From Callorhinchus milii (lineage: Eukaryota), in NCBI RefSeq assembly GCF_018977255.1, contig NW_024704743.1, forward strand, positions 5,458,001 to 5,522,000: 64,000 nucleotides of DNA, read 5' to 3'. Each line of letters starts with the position of its first letter. Within the stretch, counting starts at the first letter, position 1. The notes beneath the pieces are model-generated. The model searched no databases. It had not been told where the DNA came from and saw only the letters and a list, made by a program, of their open reading frames with translations. Both the position numbers and the translations under genes were made by a program. This document shows, piece by piece, positions 1 through 13,713 of the stretch.

Positions 1-69
1 GTAAATTCATGGCCTGCTCTCACAGAATGATTGAAAGCAGCTACAGGTGGCACTCTTGACTCATACTTG

Positions 70-626
70 TGGAATCCTGGCTAGAGTGCTCGCCTCACAA
101 GTGAGAGGTCTTAGATTCGATTCCTGGGCATTCCCGAAACCTTAGGCAAGTTTCACGACTCCACACGCCTCTGTTTACCGAGCAGTAAGTAGGAACCTAG
201 TATTAGTCGATTGGGGAATTGCTTTTCCGGGGATAATAATCCCTTCTAGAAAAAAAATTATTTTGTCACCAATCCATGACTATGGGACACTGCTGTGCGC
301 AATTTTCTGTCGTGTCTCGTTATAAAATATACAATCAATTAACTTTACTGTAGATTCTGTGAAGTGCTTTGAGACGTCTCGAAGATGTGATAAAACGTTA
401 TATCAAATGCAAGGATTATTATAAGGATTAATATTATTATATGTAGTAGGGTATAATAATAATAAATTGATCACTTCAATCCACAGCTGTTTGTGGGACA
501 CTGCTGTGTGCAATTGGCTGCCACAAAATATACAGTCAATTCACTTTGCAGTATATTTTGTGAAGTGCTTTGAGACGTCTCGAAGACGTGATAAGGTGCT
601 ATATCAAATGCAAGGATTATTATTAC
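70..626 (+). mobile_element. Older, longer Deu-SINE subfamily (70-423) followed by a tandem 3' half copy (about 452-626)
   Basis: tRNA head plus an extra approximately 60-bp segment (ctgtttacc...gtaagtaggaacc..ttagtcgattgg), Deu core and gagacgtctcgaagacgtgataagg tail. Related copies at about 27130-27480(-), 28505-28805(-), 19900-20095(-) and 47705-47955(+). Confidence 0.85.
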
Positions 627-760
627 AGTAAAATTCCCTGTTCAACAGCTTCCATTCAAGTGCCTTTCATATAAAAGTAACAAAGATGTTATTAAAAATC
701 AAGTGAATATTATGCACTCAAACGTTGCAGCTAATTTGGACCAGCAATATCTTACAATGA

Positions 761-975
761 GGCTCAAAATTCTTCTAAATCTAACCTGTAAGGCAATTTT
801 GCCATGTGAATTTATAATCATAGAGAATTGTGTAAACTTCTTAAATTCAGTTTTAACTTAAAGCCAGTACTTCTTATAAATTATGGAAAACCGACTTCCA
901 AAGTAAGATTGAAGTAAGCAGTTTCCATGATCTTAAATCTGCTCTTCCAGCTTACACCACGTGGAATTTTAGGCC
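761..975. mobile_element. Small non-autonomous DNA transposon (PIF/Harbinger-like)
   Basis: TIRs ggctcaaaattc / gaattttaggcc, flanked by tga / taa (TWA-like TSD). Related ends at about 21078 and 30891-30906. Confidence 0.45.
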
Positions 976-2429
976 TAAGTTGGGTCCTAAAAGGCAGCAA
1001 GGGGAAAAACTGCCCACTTTTCCTTGAAGTACCAGCAGATCTTAACGTTCACCTGAATCACAAGGCAGATATGCTAAATGCTAAATATCTCACTTGAAGC
1101 AATGATGATTATTTGGGGAATAATAAATCTGAATTTAATATGCTTTAAGATTTAATTTAATATTCGTACCCCCACACCCCCTTGATTTGAATCTCCACCT
1201 CAAGTGCAGGCAATTCACTGTCCAGCAGCTTGGGACGTTCTCTCGACATGAAAGGTGCTCTATAAATGCAATTTGTTGTTGTTGCTGGTTTCAATGCCTG
1301 CTCCAGAATACTATTTGCACTACTGTAGACTTTAAAATCAGCTTTTGGGAATAATTATCCTTACATTTAATATAGCATCTTATCGTGTGGCTGAGGCACT
1401 TCACAGAATATATTGTAAAGTGGATTGCCTGTGTATGTTGTGGTCGAAACACGGAAGCCAACTGCGCACAGCATTTATTATTATTATGATGAATATATAG
1501 AGTACTCATATGGCATTATATTCTAACTAAAGAAATCTGTACCATCAAATGCTTTAATGGTACAATAAATGTGATGAATTCAGAATTAAAATATGCTGAA
1601 ATTATTTCCACTCAAATGAAAATAAAATAAAATGTGAGACATTTAGTAAAAAGGGAGCAATTTTTTTTGCATCCAAATATTTTGCATGGTTGGAATTTTT
1701 TTTTAAAAATGTTTTGGGCAGGGTCATAGTGCAACTTCTAGTATCATATTGTGTAATTGCAAGACATCCAAGTCTACATAGATGCTATTTAACTCTGTTT
1801 AATTGAGTTTGTTTGTAAACTTAAATAATTCATTCAGTGAAAGTAGAAGAATAGCTTTGTAATTTATTTATGAAGTGAGAAACACATCAAACAGATTGTT
1901 GTAAGAAAGCAAGCCCTGTTTATTCTGGCAGTTGGTGTAGCCTTTTATTATGCTGGATGTTAAAATGAATGCACTCAGTTGCATTTCCAGACGTGCGAGG
2001 GGTAGGTCACCTCACGGAAACAAAGGCAGAATCAATCATGAAACATGACAAGAGTACAAACCAAACTGAGAATTATTGTTATTAACCCACACTTCAGAAG
2101 ATATATGTGCTGGATTTAAATACTGCTTCCTCTCCCACCGTGTCTGTTACACACAGAAACACTGCCTCAGGTTGCTTATATCAGGATGGTGCAACCTTTC
2201 GGCTGACGCGGGCCGGATTCCGTATTTGAGAAAGGTCTGTGGGCCACATCCAGCCCACAACCATTTCCAACATTTCAACTTCTGCTCCCTCCCTCCCCGG
2301 TGAATGTCCTCCCAGGGCAGCGACAGGAGCTGTCGGCTGGGAGGACGTGGCGCAGAGAGTGGAAATAATACCAGCCGTTACTGCAGTCTGTCAGGAAGGC
2401 AAGCGGGTCTCTTATCAACCACGCATCCT

Positions 2430-2931
2430 TAGCAACAACCGTGCAGATGGTGAACCATGCGGCTGATTGGGAGAGAGAGGAATTGAGAGGGGAGAGAGTG
2501 GTGTGTGGGGGAGAGAGAATCGGGGGAGATGGGATGAGAGGAGAGTGAGGAAGTGGTCAGAGAGGGGGGACAGTGATGGGGGGACAGAGATGGGGGGACA
2601 GAGGGGGAGTGGGATACTCTCCCCTTTTCTCCACTCTCTCTCCACACACTCTCTCAATTACTCTCTCACAACACTTCTCACACCATTTCACCCTGTTTCT
2701 TCCCTTTCACACTCCACCTGCCCCCACCTTCTCTCTCCCTTTCTCTCTCCTTCTCCCTCACATTCACTCTCCTCCATCACATTCACTCTCTCCTCCCCTC
2801 AAGACTCTCTCCCCATCCCTCTCTCTCCCTCCCCGCCTCTCTCTCCGTCCACCCCATCTCTCCCCCTCATCTCAATCCCCCTCTCTCCCAATCAGTCACG
2901 GGCTCCACTATCTGCACGGCGGTTGTTGTTA
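2430..2931. repeat. Foldback element: approximately 55-bp complex inverted termini around a purine-rich then pyrimidine-rich interior
   Basis: tagcaacaaccgtgcagatggtgaaccatgcggctgattgggagagag at 2430 vs its reverse complement ending at 2931; TA at both ends. Confidence 0.7.
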
Positions 2932-5519
2932 TTGTTATGTATGTATAGCCTGGATCCAAGTATCAAGTGTGAACGGTTATTAAAAAAACAACAGAAACAT
3001 TTCTTTTGCAGAGGGAATTACTCTCTGCTGCACAAGATCACAGGATGAAAGTTCCTGCCTACCTTATCTTAGCCCACATGTCACTACAGTGCAGCGAGCA
3101 CGAATTCACAAGGCTTTCCAACTTTTTGTCCACCAAAATTAAACAAACCCCATTAGCTTTGTTTGTCAAAGTGTTTGCAAAACGCCTATTTTTGGAGTTG
3201 AAGGTCGTTTGTAGAAGTTAAAATGAGCTATTGTCGTGTCTCTGTGGTTATGTTTGTTTAAAGCTGCTGCAGTAGCTGGAGAGCCATCTGTTCTTGTATT
3301 GTGCATGAGGTTGTGGGTTAGAGGAGACCAAAGAAACTGTTTCATGTACTGCCTTATTGTGGTTTCCTGGGAGTGTGGGTTCGCTAGTGAGCAATTGATA
3401 GTGGTGGAAAGAGGGGGTGGCTCTACCAGAGTGGTCCAACAGTTGGCCCGCGGGCACCATCCGGCCGGAGGGTGATTTTATCAGGCACGCAACCATTTCT
3501 AACATTAGAAAGTCTGCTCCCTTCCATAGTGAACATCCTCCCAGGATAGTGGCAGGAGCCAAAGGTTGGGGGAACACAGCATACAGAGTGGAAATAATAC
3601 CAGCCATTACTGCAGTCTGTCAGGAAGGCAAGCGCGTCTCTTACCAACCGTGTCCTTAGACGAAGATGGCTGTGTTAGAGCACTCTCTCTTGTACTAGGT
3701 GAGTTATTTCACCTTTTGTCCTTCAAGTGAGGAGGGGCGGTATCACTGTCCCATGATCTTGCACACACACCTGGCACATTCCTCAGGGTGCTTCTTAAGA
3801 ACATAGGAACAGGAGTAGGTACAGGAGTGGGACGTGAAAGACGCTATATAAATGTAATTTGTTGTTGTAGGTGGTTCTTCCACCACTTTCTCCTCCTTCC
3901 CCCACTCTGTTGGTAAATATCCCTTTACGAATGACGTTAAAAGGACATTCCATAGAAGTGAATACCAAGTTCCAGTGGGTGGTTTGACACTGGAATCTGA
4001 AGCCTATCAATTATTAGAAAACCTTTTACTTCATTACCCTTTTGGGATGTGAAGGACAAGACAGGACTCGGGACTGATGAGATATTGTGCAGAACCAGAT
4101 TTTTTTTGCCAAGATTTATTACATAGAACGTTACAACAGAGAAACAAACCATTGAGCCCAATTATTCCATAGTAGCCTCCACCCTTCCTAATCACCTCAA
4201 CCAGATCTTTTATTCCCTTCTCACTCATGTATACAACAATCTATGTAAATGTAATCTTACATATATTACTGCTTTCCACTTTAACCACAGATTCTGGATT
4301 GGCATATGAACTGATTCCATCTGTATGCAGACAGTTGTCCTTTAAGATGCCAGGCATGACAGTGAGCGTATTCCTTCTCAGGCTACCAGATCTGCAAGGA
4401 AGCCAGACTGGCTGGGCCAGGGATGTATTGATGAACATTAAAATGTGAAAGGACATGAAAAACAGAAATAGGCAAACAGCTACTCCTTCCCTGCAGTCTG
4501 TTATATTCACTGCATAAAAATCAAGGGACACAATGCACTCAATTCCTTCCTCAACAACCTGAGTGCCGCAAAATCAGGTCAGGGACTCTTACAAGTTTTT
4601 AAGTACTGTATTTACAAACTTCAGTGTGATTTAGATAGGTCACCAGGCTTTCCTAGCAAATTACAGATGTGACTAACACTACAGTATTTAGTGCCCCCAC
4701 CCTCTGAAACTCCATCCCGCAATCCCTCTACCTCCCTTCTGTAGCCAGCATCAGTAGCGGCCAGGACATAAGCAGGGTAGTGCAAATATAAACCCAACTC
4801 CAGTAAAACACACGGCACAATGGGCAAAGCAAACACATTCTGAAACATCAGACAGTCAGGCTAACCAGCTGCCAATGGTGGCAATGAAGTGCAACCATGA
4901 GAAGTGCCCACCTTGAACAGTGCCCATGTAGTGACACAGTCCATTCAGTGTGAAGGAACATTTGGCAATCCAGTCAGAATTTTTAAAATTGAGAAATAGA
5001 TGAGAGATTGACCAATTTACTCAACTCCTAAATGCTGCATCAGCCTCAGGGAGGCTAAAGTCTGGATTTTTAAAACAAAAATCAATACGGTAATAAGGTT
5101 GCTTCATTAACTTACTAAGAAACAAAGAACTTGTATTTTTAGTGCACCTTTATGTCATCATGTCTCACAGTGATTATTGTCAAGTATAGTGATTCTGTAA
5201 GTGAATGTGGCAGCCATTTACATATAGAAAGGTCCCACAAACAGCCATAACAGTTATAATTTGTATTTCATATTGTGTCAATTAACATTGAAACCTTTCA
5301 AACACTCTACAAGTAATTGCTGTAAAGTTTAGCAACTGTGTAGGGATAGCAATTTCCCAAAATAGCCAAGAGTAACTAATTTATCGGGAGTATTATTGGG
5401 CAGAATACCGGGAAAAACTCGCTTCTCTTTTCGAATAGCCTCATGGGATCTTTAACAGCCACCTAAAAAGATAGAAAGCATCTTGGTTTAATGTCTCTTC
5501 AAAGCACCCATGATAACTC

Positions 5520-5895
5520 AATGCTCTCCAGTACTGGAGCTGGCTCTGGCCTGCTTCATGACCCCTACTTCGCCCGCCCCACCATTGGCGGGCGGGTCTT
5601 CAGCCACTCTGCCCCCACCCTCTGAAACTCCATCCCGCAATCCCTCTACCTCCCTTCTGTAACCAGGCGTGGCAGCAATTTGCAACGACCTGCAAATAGC
5701 TATGAAGTGAATGACTAATTTATCTGAAGGGCTGTTCCCAGGACAGTAGAAAATCCCCCTTGCCTCCTTCAAGACCCATCTCAAGACCCTCCTCTTCAAC
5801 CATGCCTTCGGTCACCCTCCCCGATCCAGACCTCCAGCCTGGGTCCAGCAACTTGGGATGTCCTCCTGACGTGAAAGGCACTATATTTTGTTGTT
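5520..5895 (+). mobile_element. L2 3' end fragment carrying an approximately 97-bp inserted segment
   Basis: Matches the L2 3' UTR/tail seen at 17760-18075 apart from an insert at about 5655-5752. Confidence 0.8.
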
Positions 5896-8800
5896 GAAGT
5901 GTCCGTGTGAAGTCCCAAGTGAACAATTAATTTATCTAGAGGATTGTTTGTTAGATAACATATTGTTTGTAAGATTAGAACATTAATTTTAAATTAATCT
6001 AAATACTATACAGTGTATAAATATTAAGAAGCGAATGATTAATGAACTTCAATAAATAGAAATCTAGTGGCAGTTTAGTTTGGATTGATACAATTTTAAG
6101 GTAAAACATATTCTGGAAAGACGAGATCAAACCGTTGAAGGACCTTCTGTATCCGAACTGCTCTTTTGATCTTGACAGTTTAGTTTATAGAATGCCTACT
6201 GATGCATGTATGTTTACTGAATATGAAGAGACTTAACAGTTCAATGGGGAAGTGTCTCCCAAAACACAACGAGCCTCTCTTCTCAATCAGCTAACCTGTT
6301 CATGTACATAACATGAAATTTCTAGTCAGCTTTCTGTAGCTAGGCGTGGCAGCAATTTGCAACGACCTGCAAATAGCTATGAAGTGAATGACTAATTTAT
6401 CTGAAGGGCTGTTCCCCAGGACAGTAGAAAAACTCCCTTCTCCGTTTGAATGGAATCATGAGATCATACAGAATGCAGTGCTCCTTCAATACTGCATCAG
6501 AAGTCAACCACGAGTATGAGCTCAAATTCTGACGTAGGATTTGAATTCACAACCTCCTGACCCAGAAGTGAGTGCACCACCAAAATTAGACTTCCTCATC
6601 CACATACTGCAACTGGAAAGAACAGATGTCCCTACCGACTGACAGAGTGAGAGGATTGTTATAGCATGGATCAGACTAGCCTTGGCTTCTAGCTTAATAA
6701 ATCATGGGAACTTTGGTACAAAGCAGCCGTAAGGACATCCGTTTCTGCAGAGCCAGGTGTATGTTACTCCTGTTTTAGTGTGCAACTAAAAGACCTTTGC
6801 AAGTTTAAAAAAGTTGTGCCTCTGTTTTGGTGTATTGCTGGTATCCTTGGAGACTATGTTAAGTGAAAGATTAATGGCAGCATGTAGAGCTCTCTTCCTG
6901 CTGCTTTAAAAGAAATAGTGAAGCATCAAGTCCCACAAATTCTAGGCCATCCTGGTTTTGGTTGAGTAATATTGTAAAAGTGCTGTTTAGTGCATAGCTT
7001 ATATAGTGTTTAAGATATAATGAAAAGGAAAAAAAAAGCATTGTTTATAGCGAATTATCATATCAAAAAAATCTAAAAAGTTCTTTGCATATAATTACGT
7101 CATGCTGTTTTAGGAGGTTTGCGGAGCAGTCATTTCATACGAACAAACAGGAGGTATATGACCAAGTAATCGGATACCAGGAAAACTCTTCTCATTTCAA
7201 CAGAATAGCATCATGGGATAATAATCATGGTAATAAAAATAATCCTTGCATTTGGTATAGCACTGTATCATGTTGGAAGGACGTCTCAAAGCGCTTCACA
7301 GGATTTGCTGGAGTGACTGGAATAGACAAATGTGGCAGCACAATTGTGCACAGCAATGTCCCACACACATCCATGAAGTGAATCACCAATTTTATTAGGG
7401 GGAATTCTTGCTCAGGGCAATCAGAGAAATTTCCTTCACTTTTCAAATAGTGCCATGGGATCTTTAATATTCACAGGCAGATGGGACTTTGATTTAACGT
7501 ATCATCTGAAGTACGGCAGCTCCAACAATGTAATCCCCCCCAGAAAACCTCAAAAGGCTGGTCGAGCCAGTTCTCCGTCTTCATTGCCAATGAAAGCCCT
7601 TTGCTGCTTCTTCAGCTGCTTAATGTAATAATAAACCTTTCATTTGATATAAGGCCTTATCACGTCACACAGACGTCTTAAAGAACTTTCCACAGTATAG
7701 TGTAAAGTGGCTTAACTGTATTTTGTAGGCAAAACTGGCAGCCAGTTGCGCACAGCAATGTCCCATAAATAGCCATGGATTGAGTGATCAATTTTATTTG
7801 GGAGAACTGGGAGAAACTCCCTTCTCTTTTCGAATAGTGCCATGGGATCTTTTAGGTCCACCTGAACAGGCAGGGGGAACTTCAAACATAACATGACATG
7901 TAGTAGCAGGAGGAGGCCATTTGGCCCTTCGAGCCTGCCCCGCCATTCAATCATGGCTGATCTTCTAATCTAACTCCAGCTAATAACCTGACCCTGCCTT
8001 ATCCCCATATCCCTTAATCCCTTTTGCAATAAGAAATGTATCTATCTCAGTCTTGAATATGTTCAAGGACTGAGGGTCAATAGCCCTTTGGAGTAGTGAG
8101 TTCCATACATTCACCACCCTTTGAGTGACATCTCATTTGAAGAATGGCATCTCCAGCAATGCAACACACCCCCAGCACTGCATTGGAGTTTCAGCTTAGA
8201 CTACGCAAGTTCAAGTCCAAATGTGGTAGCACAGACATGAGTCCTACCAACTGAACCAGGGAAACACACAAATCTATTCCTCATTATCATTATTTCTCAT
8301 TAACATTAAGTATACATTATTACAATGAGTTGCACCTTATGAATCCTGGAGGCAGGGAGACCAGGGAGAAGGACAATAGTTTATAATGTGCACAGTGGCC
8401 ACACAGACAAATCAAATATACAGACAAACCACTTGTTCTTTCCACCAAATATCCGCACTGAATCCTATCTTACAACTTTGGTAGCATCAATTTCCTATGC
8501 TAAATTTGTCACATTGGCTGTGAAGAGAAGCACAAGCTGTTAAGAAGTGTGAATGGCCTGGTGCCTCTGTGTTGCCGCAGTCATTGCTGATAACAAGAAA
8601 CAGGCTCAAAAAAAATTAAAACCTGCTCAGTAGTTGCAGGACTGCAAACTTTGGGCATCTGCTTCCTACTTTCTGCTTGGACTCCCATTCAACAACAACA
8701 AATTGGATGTATATAACACCTTTTATGTCGGTAGGATATCAAAAGGTGCTGGGATGTCCATGATGTGATCCTTTATAAGTGCAAGTAGTTTCAATCCAAA

Positions 8801-10099
8801 TTACAATAACTAGCAAGTCATCTTGTTGCTTATGAGTCATTGATGATGCAGATTAGCTGCTGTGTTTGCCTGTAACATTCAGTTCCATCACTTCATGTAC
8901 ACTTTACAGCAACTCCTGGGAAGTAGTTTGAGAAGTTCTCCCAACACAAAAGGCACAATATCAAATACAAGGTTTTTTTTATATTTTTAGATCAATTATA
9001 CAGTATTCTCCAAAGTGCCTCAATATGTTTATTTTTACATAATAGGTGGTATATAAATGCAAGTTATTATAATAATTGATATTTTCGAGCTATTAAATTA
9101 ATTCATTGAGGTGACAAAATGCAATGAGAGGAATATGTAAATATATAGGACAGGATTCTGTCAGGCTATTGCTTCTAAGCCATTGTGTGTCGTTTCTCAA
9201 ACATTTTAAATTATGCAAACGACCAGGAAGCTGGAAAACCTTCTAGGCCACAGAAAGCTAGAGGATACTGAAATATACTGTGCCACAGAAAGCTGGAGGA
9301 TACTGAAATATCATGTCACCTAGTCAGGCTGTGGCCGCCCTGCCAGGATCACAGAACAGAAGGGAAGCTGGGGAATAGAATAGGGAGGAAGGAAAGGAAT
9401 GGGTGGAGACCCATTTGGAGTATAAACACTAGCATGGGCTGGTTGGAGCGAGTGGCCTGTTTCTGTGCTGTATATTCTTTGTAAATCTTTGTAAACTGCC
9501 GAATAGACTTAAAACCTATTTAATGTGATAGCTGCCTGGAAGTTGGGGCAATTATTCAGGAGTGGTTTGCTTTTGCAATAGAATTATGACACAGTGCATT
9601 TTAATATTCATTGCCTGAAATCAGCCCAGATCGATGGGATGACATTCTTCACTTTGAGGTCATCTCAACTCAAGTTTTGTGTGGGCATCAGCTGCTCAAA
9701 ACAGGCCTCAGTTCAGCACTAATATTTAGAGTATTTCAATCAACGATCCCACAAGTATTATTGCTTTGATGAAGAAACTAACCTATCTTAAGTTAATAGT
9801 TAGTGCAAGGTATGGGCGATTGGTGGATCACTTTGAAACATCTCAATGACGTGATAAGGCGCTATACCAAATGCAAGGATTATTATTATTATTGGTGTAC
9901 CTGATGAGGAAGAATGTAATGCTGGCTCCAACTACAAGAAAGACATTTTTCCTGGATTACTGAGTAGGTATAAGGAACACTTAGTGTAGCAGTAAGCCAC
10001 GTATACCTGAAGATCACAGGTTCAATCCTATTCTCTGTTAGCTGATCTCAATTTAGAGGATATTAAGCGCTCCGGGATGCTTAACCATCCAGGCCGCCG

Positions 10100-10930
10100 A
10101 GACCCCGGGATGCAGTGAGAGACAATGGCAGATCCAGGCAATGTTGTGAAGGTGGAGAAAGGTGGAGCAGGTCATGGCACGGATGTAGGGGATGAAAGAC
10201 AGTTGAGGGTTGAACAGGACGCCAAGGTTCGGTATTGGCTCCGTGAGGTATTTAATACATCCATGAAGGGTGATGTTGTCAGCGCCCAAGGTATGGATAC
10301 GTGAAGTGAGCGAAGCAGGAGGGTCTCGGTCTTGTTGACAATCAACTCGAGAAAGTTAGCTCTCATCCAGGACTTGATTGACGGATGGGCAGTCTGTGAG
10401 GACAGCAGCGGTCCTGGAGTCGAGGGTGGAGGTGGAGAGTAAAGTTGGGTGTAGATGATGTCACCAAGAGGGAGCATGTAAATGTTGAAAAGGAAGGGCC
10501 CAAGAACAGAGCTTGAGGGGCGCCACATGTGACGGTGTAGGCGCTAGAGGAGAAGCCATTAGTGAAGACAAAGTGGAGACAGTGGGAGAGGTAGGATTTG
10601 AACCAGGAAAGGGCAGGTCTGTGAAGGAGCTGAGAGAAGAAAGCGGTGGTGGAGGACGGTCAATGGTGTCGAAGGCAGCAGAGGTTGAGGAGGACAAGGA
10701 GGCAGAGAGAGCCCTGGTCACAGATGGACAGAATATTGTTAGTGATTTTGACCAGGCCTGGAGGGGTTCATAGAGGGAGTGGAGGGAGAAGAAAGAGCGA
10801 AGCTGGGACCCAACGACTCATTCCAGGGCCTTGGAGAGGTGGAGATGGGGTGATAGCTGGAGAGTAGTGATGGGTCCAGGGAAGGTTATTTGAGGATGGG
10901 GTGAAGACAGCTGTTTATAGAGGTCCGCTT
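10100..10930 (-). mobile_element. Degenerate L2 RT fragment
   Basis: SAAFDTID, SVLGPFLFNIYMLPLGDII, NLGVLFNPQLSF across frameshifted ORFs. Confidence 0.85.
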
Positions 10931-12850
10931 CTGAGAATAACTGTGGTGAATATGAACTGAAATCATGATGGATTATAATATAGAACCCACCCCCCAACTC
11001 TCCTTCCAAACCTTCCCCAAAAGTGTTATTCGGAAGGCAGAGTGGGTCATGGCATGCATCTGGGGTAGAAAGGATAGTTGAGGGTCAAACAAGACACCAA
11101 GGTTCTGGATTAGCTCAGTGAGGTGGAGTGGGCATCCTCGGATGGTGATGCTGTCAGCGCCTGAGGTGTGGAGGTACTGACAGGAGCCAATCAGGAGGTT
11201 ATCTATTTCAGATTATCTATAGTTCAGAATGTTACATCGTGTACAATATTAACGTTAGCTCCGCTTATTGAAATAAAACGTATTTGAAATCCAAACTGAT
11301 CATGGAAAGGGGGGAAGAGACAGAAGAGGTGGAAAGCTAATGTACTTTTGGGCAGGGTTAGAAAAGAATATGAATGGCAATTGGGGTAAGGAAAATTCTG
11401 ATTATCAGTGTTGAGTTCATGCTTTAAATGGCCCACTTGGAAACTCCATACCAGATCAATTGGCAACTGTAGCATTATACCTAAAGTTCAGCGTTGGCAT
11501 GTTTTTCATTTGACTCACAATCAGGCTGCCCTCCAAAAACATGTTAGCTCTCATGTTCTCGTGTTCCCGTCTGGGAAGGAGATTTCATTTGAAGGTAGTG
11601 GGAAAACGCTGGATGTTGGATTATGAGAGGGGGCGGGTGACTGAGGTCAATCACCAGATAAAAAGCCTCGCCACCTGCTCGGTTTCTTACGTTGTCCATC
11701 TGCTGTGTAGATCAATAGAGCTTGAGCGGCTTCCAGCTGGCATGGGCTTGAGTATTACTCTAGGTTCTAATTGTAACGTGTGAACTGACTGTGGCCAATG
11801 CTTAGTTTCAAAGGATGTTTTACTCCAATCTCAGTACATTCATGAAAAATAAGGCTGATCTCAGATTACTGTATCAAATATAAATTGCATCATCGCTGCT
11901 ACTACTCCCACAAATAAAATCATAATCCTTGCATTTGATATAGCGCATTTCACGCCAGGTGCACATCTCAAAACACTTGATAGGATTTACTGCCTACAGA
12001 GCAATGTTACACCATGTACAATATTAACGTTATCCCTGCTTATTGAAATAAAATGTGTTTGTAACCCAAACTGATAATGGTGAGGGGGTGGGTGGGGGGG
12101 GAAAGAGGACAGAAGAGGTCAAAAGTTAATGGATTTTTGATAGTGGTATAGGCAAACATTTGCATTCAGCAATGTCGTACAACCAATCATGAAATGAATG
12201 ACCAATATTATCTAAGGAATTGTTGATCAGGATACCAGGAGAAACTCTTCTCTCTTTTCCAGTAGTATCATGGGATCTTTAACATCCACTTGCACAGGCA
12301 GATGCGACCTTGGTTTAATATCTCATACAAAGGACGGCACCTACAACAAAAACTTACTTATTTAGTACCCTTCACATATGGTCTCGGAACGCTTACCTAC
12401 AACAATGCACAACTCCCTCAGCACCACATTGGAGTGTTAGCCTTGAGTAGACTGGTGCTACAAACTGAGCCAAGCTGACACCTCCAACTGATCCAAGATG
12501 ACTCTTGCTAACAATTTAATCTTTCTTGTGTCCAACTATCAGTAAATTCCTGTAATGCAGGAAGTAATTCCTCTCACAAATGAAAACGGTTAAATTTTGG
12601 TTGAGCCGGAACTTATGAATGGCTGGCAAGGAAGTCATTGGAGAAGTCATGTCTGTTGGTAATAAAGGCGTGGACAACGATTTTGGCTGCATTGTATGCA
12701 AGATGGAGATGAAACTTGCGATGTGGAAAAGATGAAGAAAAATGTTGTTGGTCAGAGACTGCATGTTAGGAAAGAAAGATGAGGTCAAAAAGAACACCAA
12801 AGTTGTTCATTAGCTTAGTGAGGTGGAGAGAGCAGCCAGAAAGATTGAGG

Positions 12851-13713
12851 TGCGACGGTTCTCACCCCTTGTGTTTCCCGCAAAGTGTTTCCCGTGTGTT
12901 CAATCCATCCCTGGGAGTGCAAGTTCCCTATTCAAAGATTTAACTTCACTAATGAGAGTCAACACGACAACAGGTATTACTTTGCTTTATAATTATAGCA
13001 AATCAAAGCTTCTATCAGAATCCTTCGCATTAAACAAACTGTGACGTAGGCTCAACCTGTGTATGTAAATCCCCTCCCTCCTGATTTAAACAGAGACTTG
13101 AGAAGCGCGATTAGGAAAGCTCAACAGTATTTTATTGGTGTTTCAGAAACAACCCTATGCCTTACTTAACTGCCCATTAAATCTGGAAATGCAATGTTAT
13201 CCCTAACACACTATACTATACAGCCTTTTAACACGTTAGTAAACAACAGAAAAAACCAATCTTGACCCAGAGGAGTCTTTGTCAAGTCAGGCACTGTGAT
13301 GAAAAACAAGGTGAATAGTGACCACAAGTCATTTAGACTTGCTCCTTTTAAGGGCATTAAGCCTATCCCCTTTCGGAAAGTATCTATCAATACCTTTTCC
13401 CAGCCAAAACAAACAAAATGTATTGCAGTAGCTCTGCCCTCTGGATCCTTCCAATCCTCTTTTTTCCACCAAATTGCTGCTAAATCTAGACTTGATGTCA
13501 CCAAAACGGTATTTACCTTTAAATAAAATACCGTCTATGGATTTTAAATCGTTCTTAAAGCTATACTCCGTAGTGGCATAATTGCGTATGCGCGAGTTTT
13601 CCAATAGCGCAAACATCAAACCTTCAATAGCACACAGGCTTACTGAAGCTTTCAACAATACATAGGCACAAATATATGTTTAAAAGGTTAATAATAATGG
13701 GGTGTCGGTAACA
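12851..13713. mobile_element. Solo LTR (about 863 bp) inserted in an old L2
   Basis: Termini TGCGAC...GTAACA, 4-bp TSD gagg/gaag. The flanks (12600-12850 and 13714-13900) are collinear pieces of one minus-strand L2 ORF2. Confidence 0.65.

Noticed and set aside
3055..3230. Possible alternative ESYT2 first exon ending AAG|GTAGGC near 3062
   Set aside because: The ATG frame ends in phase 2 and the phase-0 frame has a stop; no other support visible.
13211..13658. Protein-like minus-strand ORFs (WWKKEDW...; possible endogenous virus or alternative exon)
   Set aside because: No recognisable family, stops on extension, donor phase incompatible with ESYT2 exon 2; better explained as solo-LTR sequence.
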